64,000 bases of DNA, taken from Paraphysomonas bandaiensis (Eukaryota > Protista > Chrysophyceae). Shown piece by piece: positions 40,146 through 53,251 of the stretch. The stretch is taken from assembly GCA_965644295.1 (NCBI GenBank), contig CBFFRP010000071.1, forward strand, positions 144,958 to 208,957. The letters run 5' to 3'. The stretch's first letter is position 1, and each line of letters opens with the position of its first letter. A program made the position numbers and the translations under genes. The notes under the pieces were generated by a model, which saw nothing but the letters and a program-made list of their open reading frames with translations, was not told the DNA's origin and made no database searches.

Positions 40146-40612
40146 ATGAGTTGCGAAGTTGATAAACCATCGCCTCCTGTCCTGTGCGGGTATTTGACCA
40201 AACTGAAACACAAACGATCTGTTTTTGGCTCGTGGACGAAGCGTTACTTTGAAGTAAATGAAAGTCGAGAACGTATTGAATATTTTCGTACGAAGCCTCA
40301 ATGTGTAGACGATGCTACTCCATCTGGTTTCATTAATTTATCGGAAGTTGATGCCGTGCGAAAGTATGAAGGGAACGCCTTTCAGGTCGCCTGTTTTAAT
40401 GCATTGTTGCCATGGAACTAATTATTGTTTAGATTGAGGCTGGTCCGTATGTTTTATTTTTAAAAACTGGCAGTGCAGCTGAACATGCCTGCTGGGTTCA
40501 AGGTCTTCAGAATTATGTCGAGCAACGCCGCGAGTATGATCGCATGGCCAGTGCCCGTGAAGTATCAATGCAAGAAACCGCATGCAGCGATGATAATGCA
40601 CTGAATTATTGA
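40146..40612 (+). CDS. Small single-PH-domain protein (~139 aa)
   Basis: LCGYLTKLK..SWTKRYF..IEYF..PSGFINL, then intron ~40387-40432, then exon 2 AEHACWVQGLQ. Confidence 0.88.
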
Positions 40613-42493
40613 TGAGCTCTATATTCAACAATTATGACTTGAATTAATATAATCTGAAGTACATGTGTTGTGTCTTTTTTTGTTATATTTTGTTTTTCTT
40701 GTTTCTATCACTTCTGATTCGAATGATAATAATATATTTCATTTATTTGCACTGATCATTTCCCGTCTTCGTTTATCGTGACTATTAAAATATGGTTTAG
40801 GATAAAAGTTACGGATTAATGCATGCATGTCAGCCGTTGAGAAATATTATGATATAGATGCCGCCCGACCCACCTGCTAGAGATGTATGCAGTGCTATTA
40901 TATTGTGGAAGTGAAGAGTATCATAGTGCAATATATATATATTGCATATTGCAGTAGTAGAGATGGTTTATAATATATTTGAATATATTGCTGGAGCCCA
41001 CTATAAACTTCACATACTTCTATAGAACATCTAACGAATTCGCAGACAGTAACGTCTACCTTCTACGAATTAATTGCGCGAATTTGACCTTTTATTTTCA
41101 CCATTCCAAGAGGCTAACCACCGCTCGCCTGCGTATTGCCTCCAATTAACTACTAAAACTCTGATCTTTTGCACTGATATTACGTAGTCCCCTAATCTGT
41201 AATTATGTCATCTCTCGGTTACATACTACACCCCCATTATACCCATCCATGCATACAGCTGACTATGCTTAATTATTTTTAGTCGTGCTGCATGAGTTGA
41301 AATTTTCCCATCTGTATGAATATTACATTTAACTACTTGGTCTAGCGGATCAAATACCTTTAACATCAAACTTCAATCTGTAGAACATGTTACACCATCT
41401 GATTTTATTAATTTATCAGAAGTGAAAGATGTACGTTGATCCATACATAGTTATGAATACTTAATGTGTACGGGTTTAGAGAGTGAATGAATGACAGTTG
41501 CCTGTACGAGCAGTCAGTAAGTAGTCCGACTCGAAGGTATTACTATATATTCCACTGTGCTGCTCACTTACTACAGTATTTTTGTAAATTGTAGTATCAG
41601 ATAAGCTGCCCAACTTGAGTGTTTACTTAGGTACTCGCATAGTGATGCAACGCCTAATCAATATTTGTCGAACGAACACACCATGTATATTACGGCTGTA
41701 AGTAAGTGGTCGGCACATTAATAGGATTGTTGCAATGAATAGTACATATGTAATTTTGTTATCGTCATGTTTATTCATCGATAGTGATGTAATCTTTTAT
41801 CAGACAATGATACTGTACGTTTAGTATAGCTACACGATCATATGCTGCTGATAGTTTCATCGCACATTCACTCGGTCTAACCAATAGAGTGGCGATCAAC
41901 AGCTACTGGGACTGTATATGAGATCACATGCATCATAACAACAAGAGAAACAGATGAATGTCCATAGCAGTCCCTCATCACTGTGTTCTAATAATGCGTG
42001 TCAGTCGCATCATGCCGACAGACATATAGGTGTTATATGAAGAGTAGAGCTGTGCCTTGTTATGTCCCTCACACACTAGCTAAAGGTGTGTGCATATCTC
42101 CTGCATCATGTTAAACAGCAGGGTCTACTGGTGGACATATACAGCAGATACGTATATATATACAGCAGTATACAGAACGAACATCTAGAATGTGTACAAG
42201 AATGACCAAAGAAAAAAACACTAATTTTCAGCACCATAAAAAGGTGATTTTTAAGTGATACATCACACTGATATAGAAATACAGCACAGCAGGCATAGAG
42301 AGTGGGATGATGTGTTCGTAGTATTGAATATTCTGCCATTCATACGTGTGTTCTGTGGTGCATAGTATATGTACTGCTGTACTCAGTCCTGTTCTATATG
42401 ACTGTACATGTATATAGAGGAACACTGCGCATATATAATAACATATTCACCTTAAGAACATCTGAGACATATCTACTCTGTGTATATTCTAAC

Positions 42494-42934
42494 ATGTTTG
42501 CACTCGTAACGGGAAGGCATATATTAAGGCGAGCTCACACATCCGCTCCATGCGCCCCTCACATCCGACTACTGTGCTCTCGACACGGCAGTCCTGTTAA
42601 CTCTGTCGCCAATCCCGAGCCATCTAAAGTAGATGATGCGTGGGTGGAAGTAAAGGATGAGGGGAGTGGACAGTACTATTGGTGGAATAAAATGACCAAT
42701 GAAACAACGCATTTAGGTGCTCCTCGACCACAGTCTAGTGATGTTGCGAACACATCGCAAGCTCCACCTCCAGCACAGCAAGGAGGTGGTATGATGTCCG
42801 AATTCGGCAGCATGGTTGCGCAGGGAATGGCGTTTGGAGCAGGGTCGTCGATAGCCCACAATGTAATCGGCTCGATATTTGGCGGATCATCAGGCCATGA
42901 TGATCATCCAGATGATGACGGTGTCGACATATAA
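42494..42934 (+). CDS. Putative mitochondrial WW-domain protein with CHCHD2/10-like Gly-rich helix
   Basis: Arg-rich, acid-free N-terminus. WVEVKD..GQYYWWNKMTNETTHLGAPRP. GSMVAQGMAFGAGSSIAHNVIGSIFGG. Confidence 0.8.
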   Translation: MFALVTGRHILRRAHTSAPCAPHIRLLCSRHGSPVNSVANPEPSKVDDAWVEVKDEGSGQYYWWNKMTNETTHLGAPRPQSSDVANTSQAPPPAQQGGGMMSEFGSMVAQGMAFGAGSSIAHNVIGSIFGGSSGHDDHPDDDGVDI

Positions 42935-43488
42935 GTAATGAAATGTGATAATAATTGGCCTTAATAAGGATATATTTTTTTTAATTCAGTGCTTTCTTGG
43001 AGCTATTTATGCAAGCTAAGTAAGCTTTTACAGTGAATAGGTGCACTTGTGTATGATGGTATGATATTGTGTAGAACTCTATTAGGAAACACCCGGTACT
43101 CCACCGATCCAATGTTCTTAAACAGATATGTCACATGTCGTACGTTATTACAATCGACGTAGCATAGTGTGTGTAGGAGCACCACACTTTTGAAAGAATG
43201 TATGCATATTTTAGAAAACCTGAATGAATGTGAGAGAGTGACTTCAACCTTCAACACTTCTACTACACACATAAATTGGTTACTATGCAGCGTAGTAAAC
43301 CTCAAGTTTATTATTTTTTAACAAATAAATATTACGTAGTTATATAATAGCTATTAGTAGTTAACTACAAGTTGTCGAGATTCGCTATATTAATTATTGA
43401 GATGAAAACTCTACAACCTTGGGAAATATTATTCAACCTAGCCAAATTGGTTGAATTATTAAGTCACACTATTTTTGGTGGAATAACC

Positions 43489-43602
43489 CAGGGCGTAGTA
43501 ACTATTAATGGTAATGGCATTAATGGCCATTAATGGTAATGCCATTATAATTGCCGGAAACTGGACTACCATTAATGGGCCATTAATGGTTACCAGGCCC
43601 TA
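43489..43602. mobile_element. 114-bp hAT-like MITE (family 1)
   Basis: CAGGGC...GGTTACCAGGCCCTA with perfect 8-bp TSD GAATAACC at 43481-43488 and 43603-43610. CATTAATGG repeats. Confidence 0.9.
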
Positions 43603-44128
43603 GAATAACCTAGTCAAAGTAATAAATGATTCAGCCTAGTCATTTTTAGTTATAAACCTAATTATAAAATGTACTCGTATATAACTTTGCATTTACAGAA
43701 CGATGAAGTTACACAGGTAAAGTAAAATCAACGCAGCACAGATCAGGCCAAAGCAAAGTCAGAGTATAGAGAAAGAGACATTTCATAGTAGCATAAAATT
43801 TCGATACTTCATAAGTCTGATTTCATGGTTACATGAAATAAGCTTGATTTATTTCTCTGTAGTTTACTGTATAGGTCACGACTGATACGCTGCTTCTTGT
43901 TTTGCATTTTATTGCTTGGTGATGGGTATGGCGTTGATAACATTAGCAGTCTCATTATTTCTATTTTCCAATTGAAATAGCATAGTCTTGTTCCGATTGA
44001 ATATATTTACTGATATAGATACTTCTCGGCCATATTCTCATCAAAAACGTATTCCCTTATGTGTTTTTTTAAAGTTCTAAATACCAATTATATACATACA
44101 TCAATTCAAACAAATCATTTATGGAAAG

Positions 44129-44782
44129 CTATTCTACCGAATACGGCTGCATTCGACTTGCAGTCGGAACAACTCTACCATCTTTATCAAAATGGTCTAA
44201 ACTATGATTTACCAAATTTAGCACAAATACAAGGCAAATGAGAGGTATAGCTGCTAGTGCAGTCTCATAGCACATCTCCTTTTCAACAGCCCTAACGGAG
44301 TCGTCATCCTGAAATGCTTCGTAGCATATTCCAAATGAACTGTACGCCCCGCCGATAAAAAGTGCGCCAATTGTTGCTACGATACAGCATTTTACGTACA
44401 ACTTTGAGACACAAGTTGAAGCAATTGACAATAGAAGTGTCCCGATAGTGCATATTAAGCCGAATATTAGCAAAATAATCACCCCTATACTCTGGTTATG
44501 ACACTTTTTGCAGACGTCAAATTCGTCTGCGCAATCTGTATATTTAATGACATCTTTATCGTTCGATGATGAGACGAAATAAATGGCATTAATTCCTGCG
44601 TAGTACTTTCCATCGATATATGCCTCCTCTGTGCCTTTCGCATTCACCCAAGAAGTTTCTTCCAGAGTACTCCCGTCCACAGAGGCTCCGCTCAAGCTAA
44701 TGATAAGCATCAATGCTGTGATTGCAGCGACCAATGCAGAAACGCATGACAGTATAATGCTGAGGTATGTAGTTGATATCAT
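44129..44782 (-). CDS. Four-TM membrane protein (claudin/amastin-like topology)
   Basis: Intronless 217-aa ORF with four hydrophobic segments and a Cys-containing first loop. Confidence 0.7.
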   Translation of the reverse strand: MISTTYLSIILSCVSALVAAITALMLIISLSGASVDGSTLEETSWVNAKGTEEAYIDGKYYAGINAIYFVSSSNDKDVIKYTDCADEFDVCKKCHNQSIGVIILLIFGLICTIGTLLLSIASTCVSKLYVKCCIVATIGALFIGGAYSSFGICYEAFQDDDSVRAVEKEMCYETALAAIPLICLVFVLNLVNHSLDHFDKDGRVVPTASRMQPYSVE

Positions 44783-46886
44783 CCCAAAAATGACGTATTT
44801 ATAAATAATTGAAGGTGAGGTTGGTGTTTCCGGATTATAACTTAAGAAGATGAGATCACAAAACTATCATGGTAGGTTAAAACCTATCACAAAATAAATA
44901 AGGGAGATATCGATTATGAGAGTCAACAATATTGCATCGTTATGATGATAGTTGTAAGGGGACCAAATATATTGTAAGTGTGGCGATACTTGCATTGAAC
45001 AGTATGGATACGACCGCACATACAGAGTAACGGTAAATTCCACGGCTTCAATAAGTAACGGTCATGTTATACAGAGATATACAGCACTGTACGCTCGTCT
45101 GTAGTATGTATATCTCCTCGTAGTATCGTCTGTATAGTGCTGTAGTCTGTAGTGCTGTAGTTCGAGTGCATCTGCTGCTGGTCGTTCCAACCACAGAGCG
45201 GTGTGAGCTCAGGGAGTCCATGTATAAATAATCTGCATGATGTGCAACAATATCGCTATATGAGGGCAATGATTGGCATATCTGAATTCTATTTGGGTAA
45301 AGGGAAAGTTGATGTGCGGCTAGTTCTTTTCTTCTTTGAACTCTCCAGTGCATGAGGGTTTTAATTGCCAGTACCAAACACGAGTGAAAAGTTGTGCTAG
45401 TGAAGTCGCATCATACTGACAGGGGATAAATTCATGCACCCGGCTTTCTTGCTATCGTCGTTGCAGCAACTCCTAATAAATCACCATATACCAGTCTACA
45501 TATGGATATTAACATGTGTACGTTCACAAGTACTACGTTATTGCATTGCATATGCTGTACGCTGTATATTTGGTCCGTATGATACGAATGTGTATATATA
45601 AATACTACCATATCGATCCAATATACATAACTATATATATTGCTTTCTATCCAACCCAGGAAAAGGACGTAAAATCGAGGGTAACTCATAATTATTATAT
45701 ATCGTCTCGATCTCTTATAATCAAGTAAGTAGTTAAGACAAATATGAAAAATGTATTATAAAGTAAAGAACACATAAGATTTTATTATACTTGATTGGAT
45801 TTTGTTGTTTGAGAGCGAATTAAAAGCTATAGTTCTAAGGTAATTAAATCATGACCGTTACTTGAAGAATACAGCACTGATGAACAGTATTACATAAACT
45901 ATTGAGAAGTTTGTAATAATAGTAGTGAAACTGAAATGTATATTGATTGTATAAGATCGTATGAACATGATTGGTAATTGAGATAACCTGAATATATAAT
46001 TGAGATAATTTGGCGAATAACAATGAAATTCAAGCATTGTGTACTTTTCGTTCTGTTATTTAAGTCGATATCACGTAATAATGTCAATTCCTGACACAAT
46101 TTATCCTACTTCTCAAACTTTTGAATATTTCTATTACTTGTGTATTAGTGTATTGGATTTCACTGTATGCTTACATACTTACATTATGCGAGATATATTC
46201 ATTTTCTAGGTAGTCATTGCTGGGCATGAATTTTTCTGATTACTCTATGCCTATCAGTCTATCGATTAGCCCTTAACTTTAGTTTTACCATCCATAGTTG
46301 TAGAGGTTTCGGTAATAATTTAGACGTGAGTTTAAAAATATTTCTTCTTAATACAATAGAGGTAATACCAGCAGAGTATTATCATTCAAATCATGCAATA
46401 CAAAAATAATCCAACGTATCTATTCAAGATATCACTGACTCCCGCATGACAACAGTTTCATATCGTTGACAATTAGGATTTTCTGTACAAGTTACCTACT
46501 AAAAATATTTACATTATATCTGGAAGGTAGTGGTCATCACTTCTTTTGCGTCTATTTCTGAAATAAAATAATTTAAACTTCCCTCAGTGACTCACAGCGT
46601 ATACCTTCTGTGCTGTGTAGGGTTATATGCATAAGGTGACCGACTAAACAATAAAAAAATTATATATGTCACCCCGATATATACAGTATCTTACTATTTC
46701 TTCGTCCCAATCATTTTATTCAAGTGGATATGTGGACTTTCTCTGTAATATATTCAGTTAGATATTACGTAACACAAGGCAAAGCACCCACTCTATAGCA
46801 AGTAAAGCATTAGCCCGTTGTTCTAACTTCCTCTCCTTAGCAGACATCCTACAATCACACAATATAAGTCAAGTACCTCCATTGAG

Positions 46887-47837
46887 TTACGAAATATACT
46901 TCGTTTTTGATGACTTTACGCTAGTTGGGTTATTGACAGCTGGCAAAGATGGATTTACACTCCTCCTTTCTAATGCGAACTTTCTTTTCTGCTTCCTTAT
47001 AATTTCATCAACAGGAAGGAACTGATGCCTGCATATCTCGAGGCGTTTATCGCGATGTCTATGCCAAAAAGATGTGCCCATTACAGCATCTTGCAGTTTC
47101 TTCTGTAGGAAAATAGCGGGAAACATGAGTTGATCATGTACTTCGCACAGAATGCAGAAGTGGTCAGCGGCCATTAATTCGTATTCGATTTCTTCTAAAT
47201 TAAAGTACGCCCTAAAGAACCCTTCTCAATAATCACATCACTATAATAGTGGTTTTACCTAAGGGCTACTTGATTCCTACTGTAATTTGCCCCATACATA
47301 TCACGTATGATCATCTTTACGTCACTAACTTCCATATGGCCTTTCCTTTCAATATCATAGCTGTCGAATATGCACCTCTCTGAACACTATAAATTACATC
47401 GTGTCCATATCTAATCATTTTACTAACCAAGATGTTCTCCCTCGAGCGTGCAATAATTCCACATTACATAAACAAATTCGAGAAAGCTTATCCTGCCTAT
47501 AACGTTCATTACGCCAAACTGTAGTGGATTGTCAGGACAAAGCGAACTAACCTTGTCTAGATTTGTCGTATGAAGAAAATACATGAAGAGCAAATTTCGA
47601 CTTTTCAATCTTTAAATGACTCATCAGGCGAGATATTTTAATCGGTCCAGATTTATTCTTTTTGTCATATGCGGAATGATAAAACTGTAGAAACTGACCG
47701 ACATCTTTCTCTGCCAGTTCCATGCATTCAAATTCAGTGTTGTGTTGAGCTATATCCGGGAAGTGAGAATATACAGTGCTATACTTCCCTCCTAGTCCTC
47801 CTACCACATTAGCCAGATGAGGGAGGACGCTGTTCAT
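46887..47837 (-). CDS. EF-hand (calcineurin-B-like) domain protein, multi-exon
   Basis: VFSSYDKSRQG|RISFLEFVYVMWNYCTL, FDSYDIERKGHME and HDQLMFPAIFLQKKLQDAVMGTSFW, separated by short GT-AG introns. Confidence 0.75.
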
Positions 47838-48619
47838 AGTTACTATTGAGGGACTGTACTGTGGAAGTCAGACAGATATATAGATAGATGGAGCACACGG
47901 GAGACAGATACAGACAGTGTCCTGTCTGTCATAGTACTACAACACAGCTTCCATGGCGCTTGTTGTGGTTATACTGGTACCTGGTATCGCTACATTACAG
48001 TTGCAGGCTGTATTCATATACATAGTATAGTGCGTATATCGTATATACATATGGAGATGGATGTAACGATATACTGCTGTATACAGAGGTACTCTTCGAA
48101 CCCTGTACTGCACTAGGACATCCTGCCATACACAGTACTGTACTTCCTTCGTACATGAGTAGCAGAGAGACCCTTATACCCTTATAGGAAGTACCATTGA
48201 ATTTTTAGTGGTAATCAGTTTACAGCCAATCAAATAGGGTAACGTACTACTTATTGGCTATCAACTGGGTTGTGCACAAAGTTCCCACAAAGTGCGATTG
48301 GTGTGCTTTGAGATGAAGCTGTGAGTCTGTCATTGCAGTCCAGTATAGTATACCATACAGCACAGTATACATGCTGCTGTATCATGGTGTACCTGTGAGC
48401 GGAGGCGCCCGATGAAAGTGCAGTGTACGCACAGCGCCTCTCATCGTAAGAGGCTTATAGTGCTATACATCAACCCATGACTCCCCTGAGAGATGATCTC
48501 AGCATGTATCAGTGTGTGACTGAAGGCTGTGGATTGGATGCACACAGATAGATACATCTCATCCATTGATATACTTGTGTATATACATATATAGAGACTG
48601 AGGCTGCTGTGAGGAGCTC

Positions 48620-51123
48620 TATGGGGGCCGCTACAAGCATCCCGCAGACTGAAAACAGTCAACTGAAGCCCGTTAAGAAGAAAACCTGGTCCCTCTGGAA
48701 GCATATAGAGGTGAAACAGTCTCCGAACAATGATATCGACATCACCAGGAGCAGTTCGTTCCCTACTATGAATAAAAGATGGCATAAATCAACAGTTAAA
48801 CACATCGCACTTGTGCAGAACTATCATAAGATGGAAAATATTAAAAATAACTGGCAAGGTGACAATGTCCACGATGAGATTACGAGTGAAGGTGGAACTT
48901 CTACAAGTGCTTCGAATGTAATGTCATCCTCCGAGAACTCTGCCAAATACAGAAGTGTGAAACCTAGTCTGAGAGTAGAAATATCAGAGGACTATGCGGA
49001 GTCTGAAGGAATTCCGACTACAGTTAAAGTTGATGAGACTGCTATTGGCAGAAGGCGAAAGAGCTCTACCCTTTACATGGGTCCAATTGCTATTCGGGAG
49101 AGGGGCATAGAGGTTACCCGCTGTATGACCAACGGGGGTCAATTACCACATCCACACTCTTTCCTGGCCAAAGGTAGACTAGATTTCGTCCACATCGGTA
49201 AACTTGGTTCAGGTGTGCTCTCACAACAGCGTCATATGTTAAATATATGCTCATACTTATTTAACGCAGGAAATTCGGGGAGCGTAATAGAAGCACTACA
49301 TATACCAACTCTCACCATTGTGGCGCTAAAAATGCTTCCAGTATATGACGAAAAAGATCTTAACTCCGTATCTAGCGAATTAAATGTACTATGCCAGAAT
49401 TTAGCCCAACTTAAGCTCATGGATGAACGCCTGGGGGTCCACTCTGGAGATCAGACATCTCCCATCTCGGATAGAGGCTCCTTGTGGCGCACTATTGACG
49501 AAGAGGATGAGGATGAGAGTGGGAAGCATCCTGAGATTACCAGTCCGTGTCCGCAGCTGCTGGCTATGTATGACGGTGAGTGCAGTAGTATCAGTTGCCT
49601 CACATCCCTAACTCAGTCAAATCAGCCTTTCTAGATCCCATGAGTGGAATGGTTAATTTAGTGGTGGAGTACATGGATGGTGGTTCTTTGCAGGATATGG
49701 TCAACAATGGGGGATGTAGAGATGAGGAAGTAATCGCTGACATTGCCCACCAGGTGTTATTAGGGCTGGACTTTCTGCACAGTCATAACCAGATGCATCG
49801 AGATATTAAGCCTGGAAATATCCTACTCAACTGTGATGGACAGGTAAAGCTTGCAGACTTTGGCATATCGAAGGCGATGAGTCCTCTGGCTACTCGTCAA
49901 ACAAAGCGCGACTTTATTGGCACAGTATCCTATATGGTGGGCTAGATTTTGAGTCCTCTTGTTATCTTCTTATTGCTTTATGGTAGGCCCCCGAACGCAT
50001 CCAGAACAAGGAGTATTGCCTTGCAAGTGATATTTGGTCCTTTGGGATGACTTTGTTGGCTGTAGTTCACGGGCGCTATCCGCTCCTTGATGCAAGAGGA
50101 ATGCCAGCTAAGGACTACTGGGACCTTTTTCGCCTAATATGTGAGGAGGATGTACCTATGCCTGGAAGCGATTTTTCAGAGGAGTTCAATCGGTTCATTA
50201 AATCATGTGTTGAGAAATGCATCACCAACCGACCTACAATAAAAGGGTTGTTGGAAGGAAAGTTCTTCGGGAAACATGGTGCTGTGATATTCCCATCTGT
50301 CTCTGACGAAAATGAGCGAAGAAAACGCACTGCGTTGTCGTCTGAATTGGAAAGTGATATTCCAGGAGCGTTGAACCCTCGAGCACCCTCATGTCAAACA
50401 CTCGGCAATCCTAAAGCACCGTCATATAGGGCTAATATCCATGGATCTTCGTTTGTAGACGGGAGGACCCGCTCTTATAAAGTCGGGCATCGGTTGGGGT
50501 CAACCAAGTATTTACAGCAGGGATCCTCCCGAATGCGCCTGTCCCTGATGACATCTCGCTCAACTGCACTATTGAAAGGAAGCACTAACAAGTCTGCGTA
50601 TGGGGACGACTTGATCTCCGGCTACATTGATGTGGACGACGATGGGTACCTCCATACTATGCGCCTAGAGCACCTGAAGAAAATCCTGGAGAAAACGTCT
50701 CTCATGTTTGATCGCACTGCAACGTTGGCCTCAGCTCGAAAGAAACTGAAGAGTCAGAGCAAATGTAGCATAGACGACAGTGTTGATCAGTTTGTTATTG
50801 AGAACTACAGCTATGATTTTGAGAATTTTTCAAATACTTCGAATTCAAAGTCGTCTGGAACTCCATCGTCTTACAACAGTGATAACAGCGGTGCAAGTCG
50901 TCGCTCCATATCGTTATCTCGATCCTTGGTGAGGAGAAACAGCAGCATGGCCGAGCACCTGTGTAAACTTCCCAATTGCAGTCAGGGAAGGGCGCGGTGG
51001 CAGCACCTTGCACAACAGCTTTACCTTACATATGATGTAGTCATTTCGACCGCCAAGAATTTTGTCAGTGCAGAGCATTTTGAATCCGCTGAAGCGCAGG
51101 ACAGAACTATATATAGAGACTGA
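48620..51123 (+). CDS. MAP kinase kinase (STE7-like Ser/Thr kinase)
   Basis: GKLGSG|NSGSV, VALK, VVEYMDGGSL, HRDIKPGNIL, ADFG, FIGTVSYM|APERI, SDIWSFG. Three short introns. Confidence 0.9.
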
Positions 51124-51774
51124 AAGATAACGATTCCATGTAACACCAGCTTTTATTTAAGTGTGAATGTATTATATGTATGTCGATTTTTTTCTGTTTT
51201 TTTTTCCTTTATGAAGGTGTGTATTGTGAGTACGAATACATGACTTTTGTGGGTGTATCCACTGCAATAGTTTCTTGTTTATGACACCGTTGTTATATTA
51301 TTACTTATGCGTGTTGCATGTAACTATTTTGTTTTGAATGTAGATAAAATATGAATACTAAAAAATATCTACAGTAATCATCTACACACAAGTGGTGTTC
51401 CCGCGGAGTACTTTGGTATTTTATTTGTTTTCTTAGTACTAATTAGTAATTAGAAAACACCTATTTCCTCTTGAGCAAACAAGCTCCAAATAGCTATACA
51501 ATCTACAAATTAGCTTTTCAACACTATGAGGATAAACTACTGTTTTGAAAGCGGGACAATATCGCCTCCTTATTACTCGTGGTTAAATAAAACTATGTAT
51601 ACTAATCATAAATAGTGTTATTTTTGTATATCTCAATCTTATCACAGTATATTTTCTTCTTCACGTCATGTTGCAATTAGCAACTAGTAGTACTTCTTAT
51701 CTAGTAACAATCTTGACTTTAGGTGAAGCCAACCCGTAGCCCGTATCGGTAAGGGTGGATTTAGTTACTCATGT

Positions 51775-52368
51775 AGTAGTGAATGTCTGATTATAAGCAG
51801 TATGTAAGAGTAAGAGTCAGAACTAATGCAGCAAAAGAACTCTCTATATTTGGTGTGGGTAGACATATATATATAATATAGCAATAGGCATGTAAGTGTT
51901 AAAACAACTAAACAGAAATCTAACTACTCCTTATTACTAATGTTCTACTATTTGGCGCTACGAAAGCTGTTTGTGCGTCGCCGCAAGCACCAAGCACAAA
52001 CGTGCAACCACTCTCGCTCTCTATCCTTAAGGTGAACTAGCCCGGATGCTAGACTTCAGTAAGCAGCCCAATACCCCGATACCCTTGAGGTGGGCCCATT
52101 CCATGCTTGACTTCAGCAGGCATCCCGATACCCCGGATGCCCTTGAGGTGGACCCATTTCAGGATGCCTGTTTAGTCAGGGCTCAAAAAGACGTCTACAC
52201 AAGTAACACTACTTAGGGTCCCTCGTACCACACAAGCATTTGGTTATGAGTGGGCAGAACAATATCTGCTGGCTATATATGCGGCTCACGATAGTTTCCC
52301 AGAATTATATCTCCGATACTTATCCCCCAGAACACCATGAAATGGTGCGAATCCAACTTTGTTGAGGG
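51775..52368 (-). mobile_element. Ribozyme-headed retroposon, copy C (full length, 594 bp)
   Basis: Starts CCCTCAACAAAG and ends ..ATAATCAGACATTCACTACT. Flanks AGTTACTCATGT (51763-51774) and AGTTACTCACAT (52369-52380) fit a 12-bp TSD with reciprocal CpG decay. Confidence 0.9.
52281..52368 (-). ncRNA. Putative HDV-like ribozyme (copy C)
   Basis: Same P1/P2/P3/P4 arrangement as copy D, with a few substitutions. Confidence 0.55.
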
Positions 52369-53251
52369 AGTTACTCACATTTGTCTGTACAAATGTTTGT
52401 GGATATATGATATTGACTGGCGAGCATATATAACAAACAGATGCTCAGGATAAAAAAATCTTACCATTTAGTGACTATTGCATGCACCGACAAGTACTCA
52501 ACTATACAACACGATTTAGTTAGCTTCATGGGCATAAGACGAATTGCGTGTTTAAGCCGGATAATATGCTCCTGCCCAATCTACTTGCCCTAAAAACACA
52601 AACAACTTGCGGTCGGTGTCTTCGGTATATGTCTCCTGTATATGCGCCAGATCTTTAGGGCCCTCTTCAAGGTAGTAGCAGGTAGTTTGGAGAGTAGAGT
52701 AGAGTAGAGTAGAGTAGCTCTAGCTCCAGGTCCTCCCACGGTCACGAAGCGGTCTCACTGGTGCAGTTTTGCACGCTGACGCATGAAACAATTGTCTACA
52801 AAGATCTGTTACAAATTCAAGCTGACTCCAATGTCTTCCCTCCATTGTCACAGTATGCACTCGTCCAGCACATGCATCCACCTTGCCTCTTCTCCCGAGT
52901 GACTTACGCTAGTAGGAAACTGTGCACCTTCTCCGCTCGGATAAAAACTTTCTAAGTAAGAAATAACATAAAAGAACACACAAATGTACCTGACACTGCT
53001 TGGGCCAGAGAGTCTTGATATATTCTCAACGACCTGAGTCATGATAAACCAAGACTAGGCAGTAGACGTGTGAGAAGACTTGACAGGTCTAATCACATCA
53101 TTGCTATTGCCATGCATTCATGAGGAAAGTTTTACACATTACCTCGGTCATTGGCCACAATAATGTGAACTCATACTCAGCATAAATCTTTCAAAGCAAA
53201 CGCAGTGAGCAAGCAGAATATTAATATACCTGACTTTAGATTTTTTGAGTT

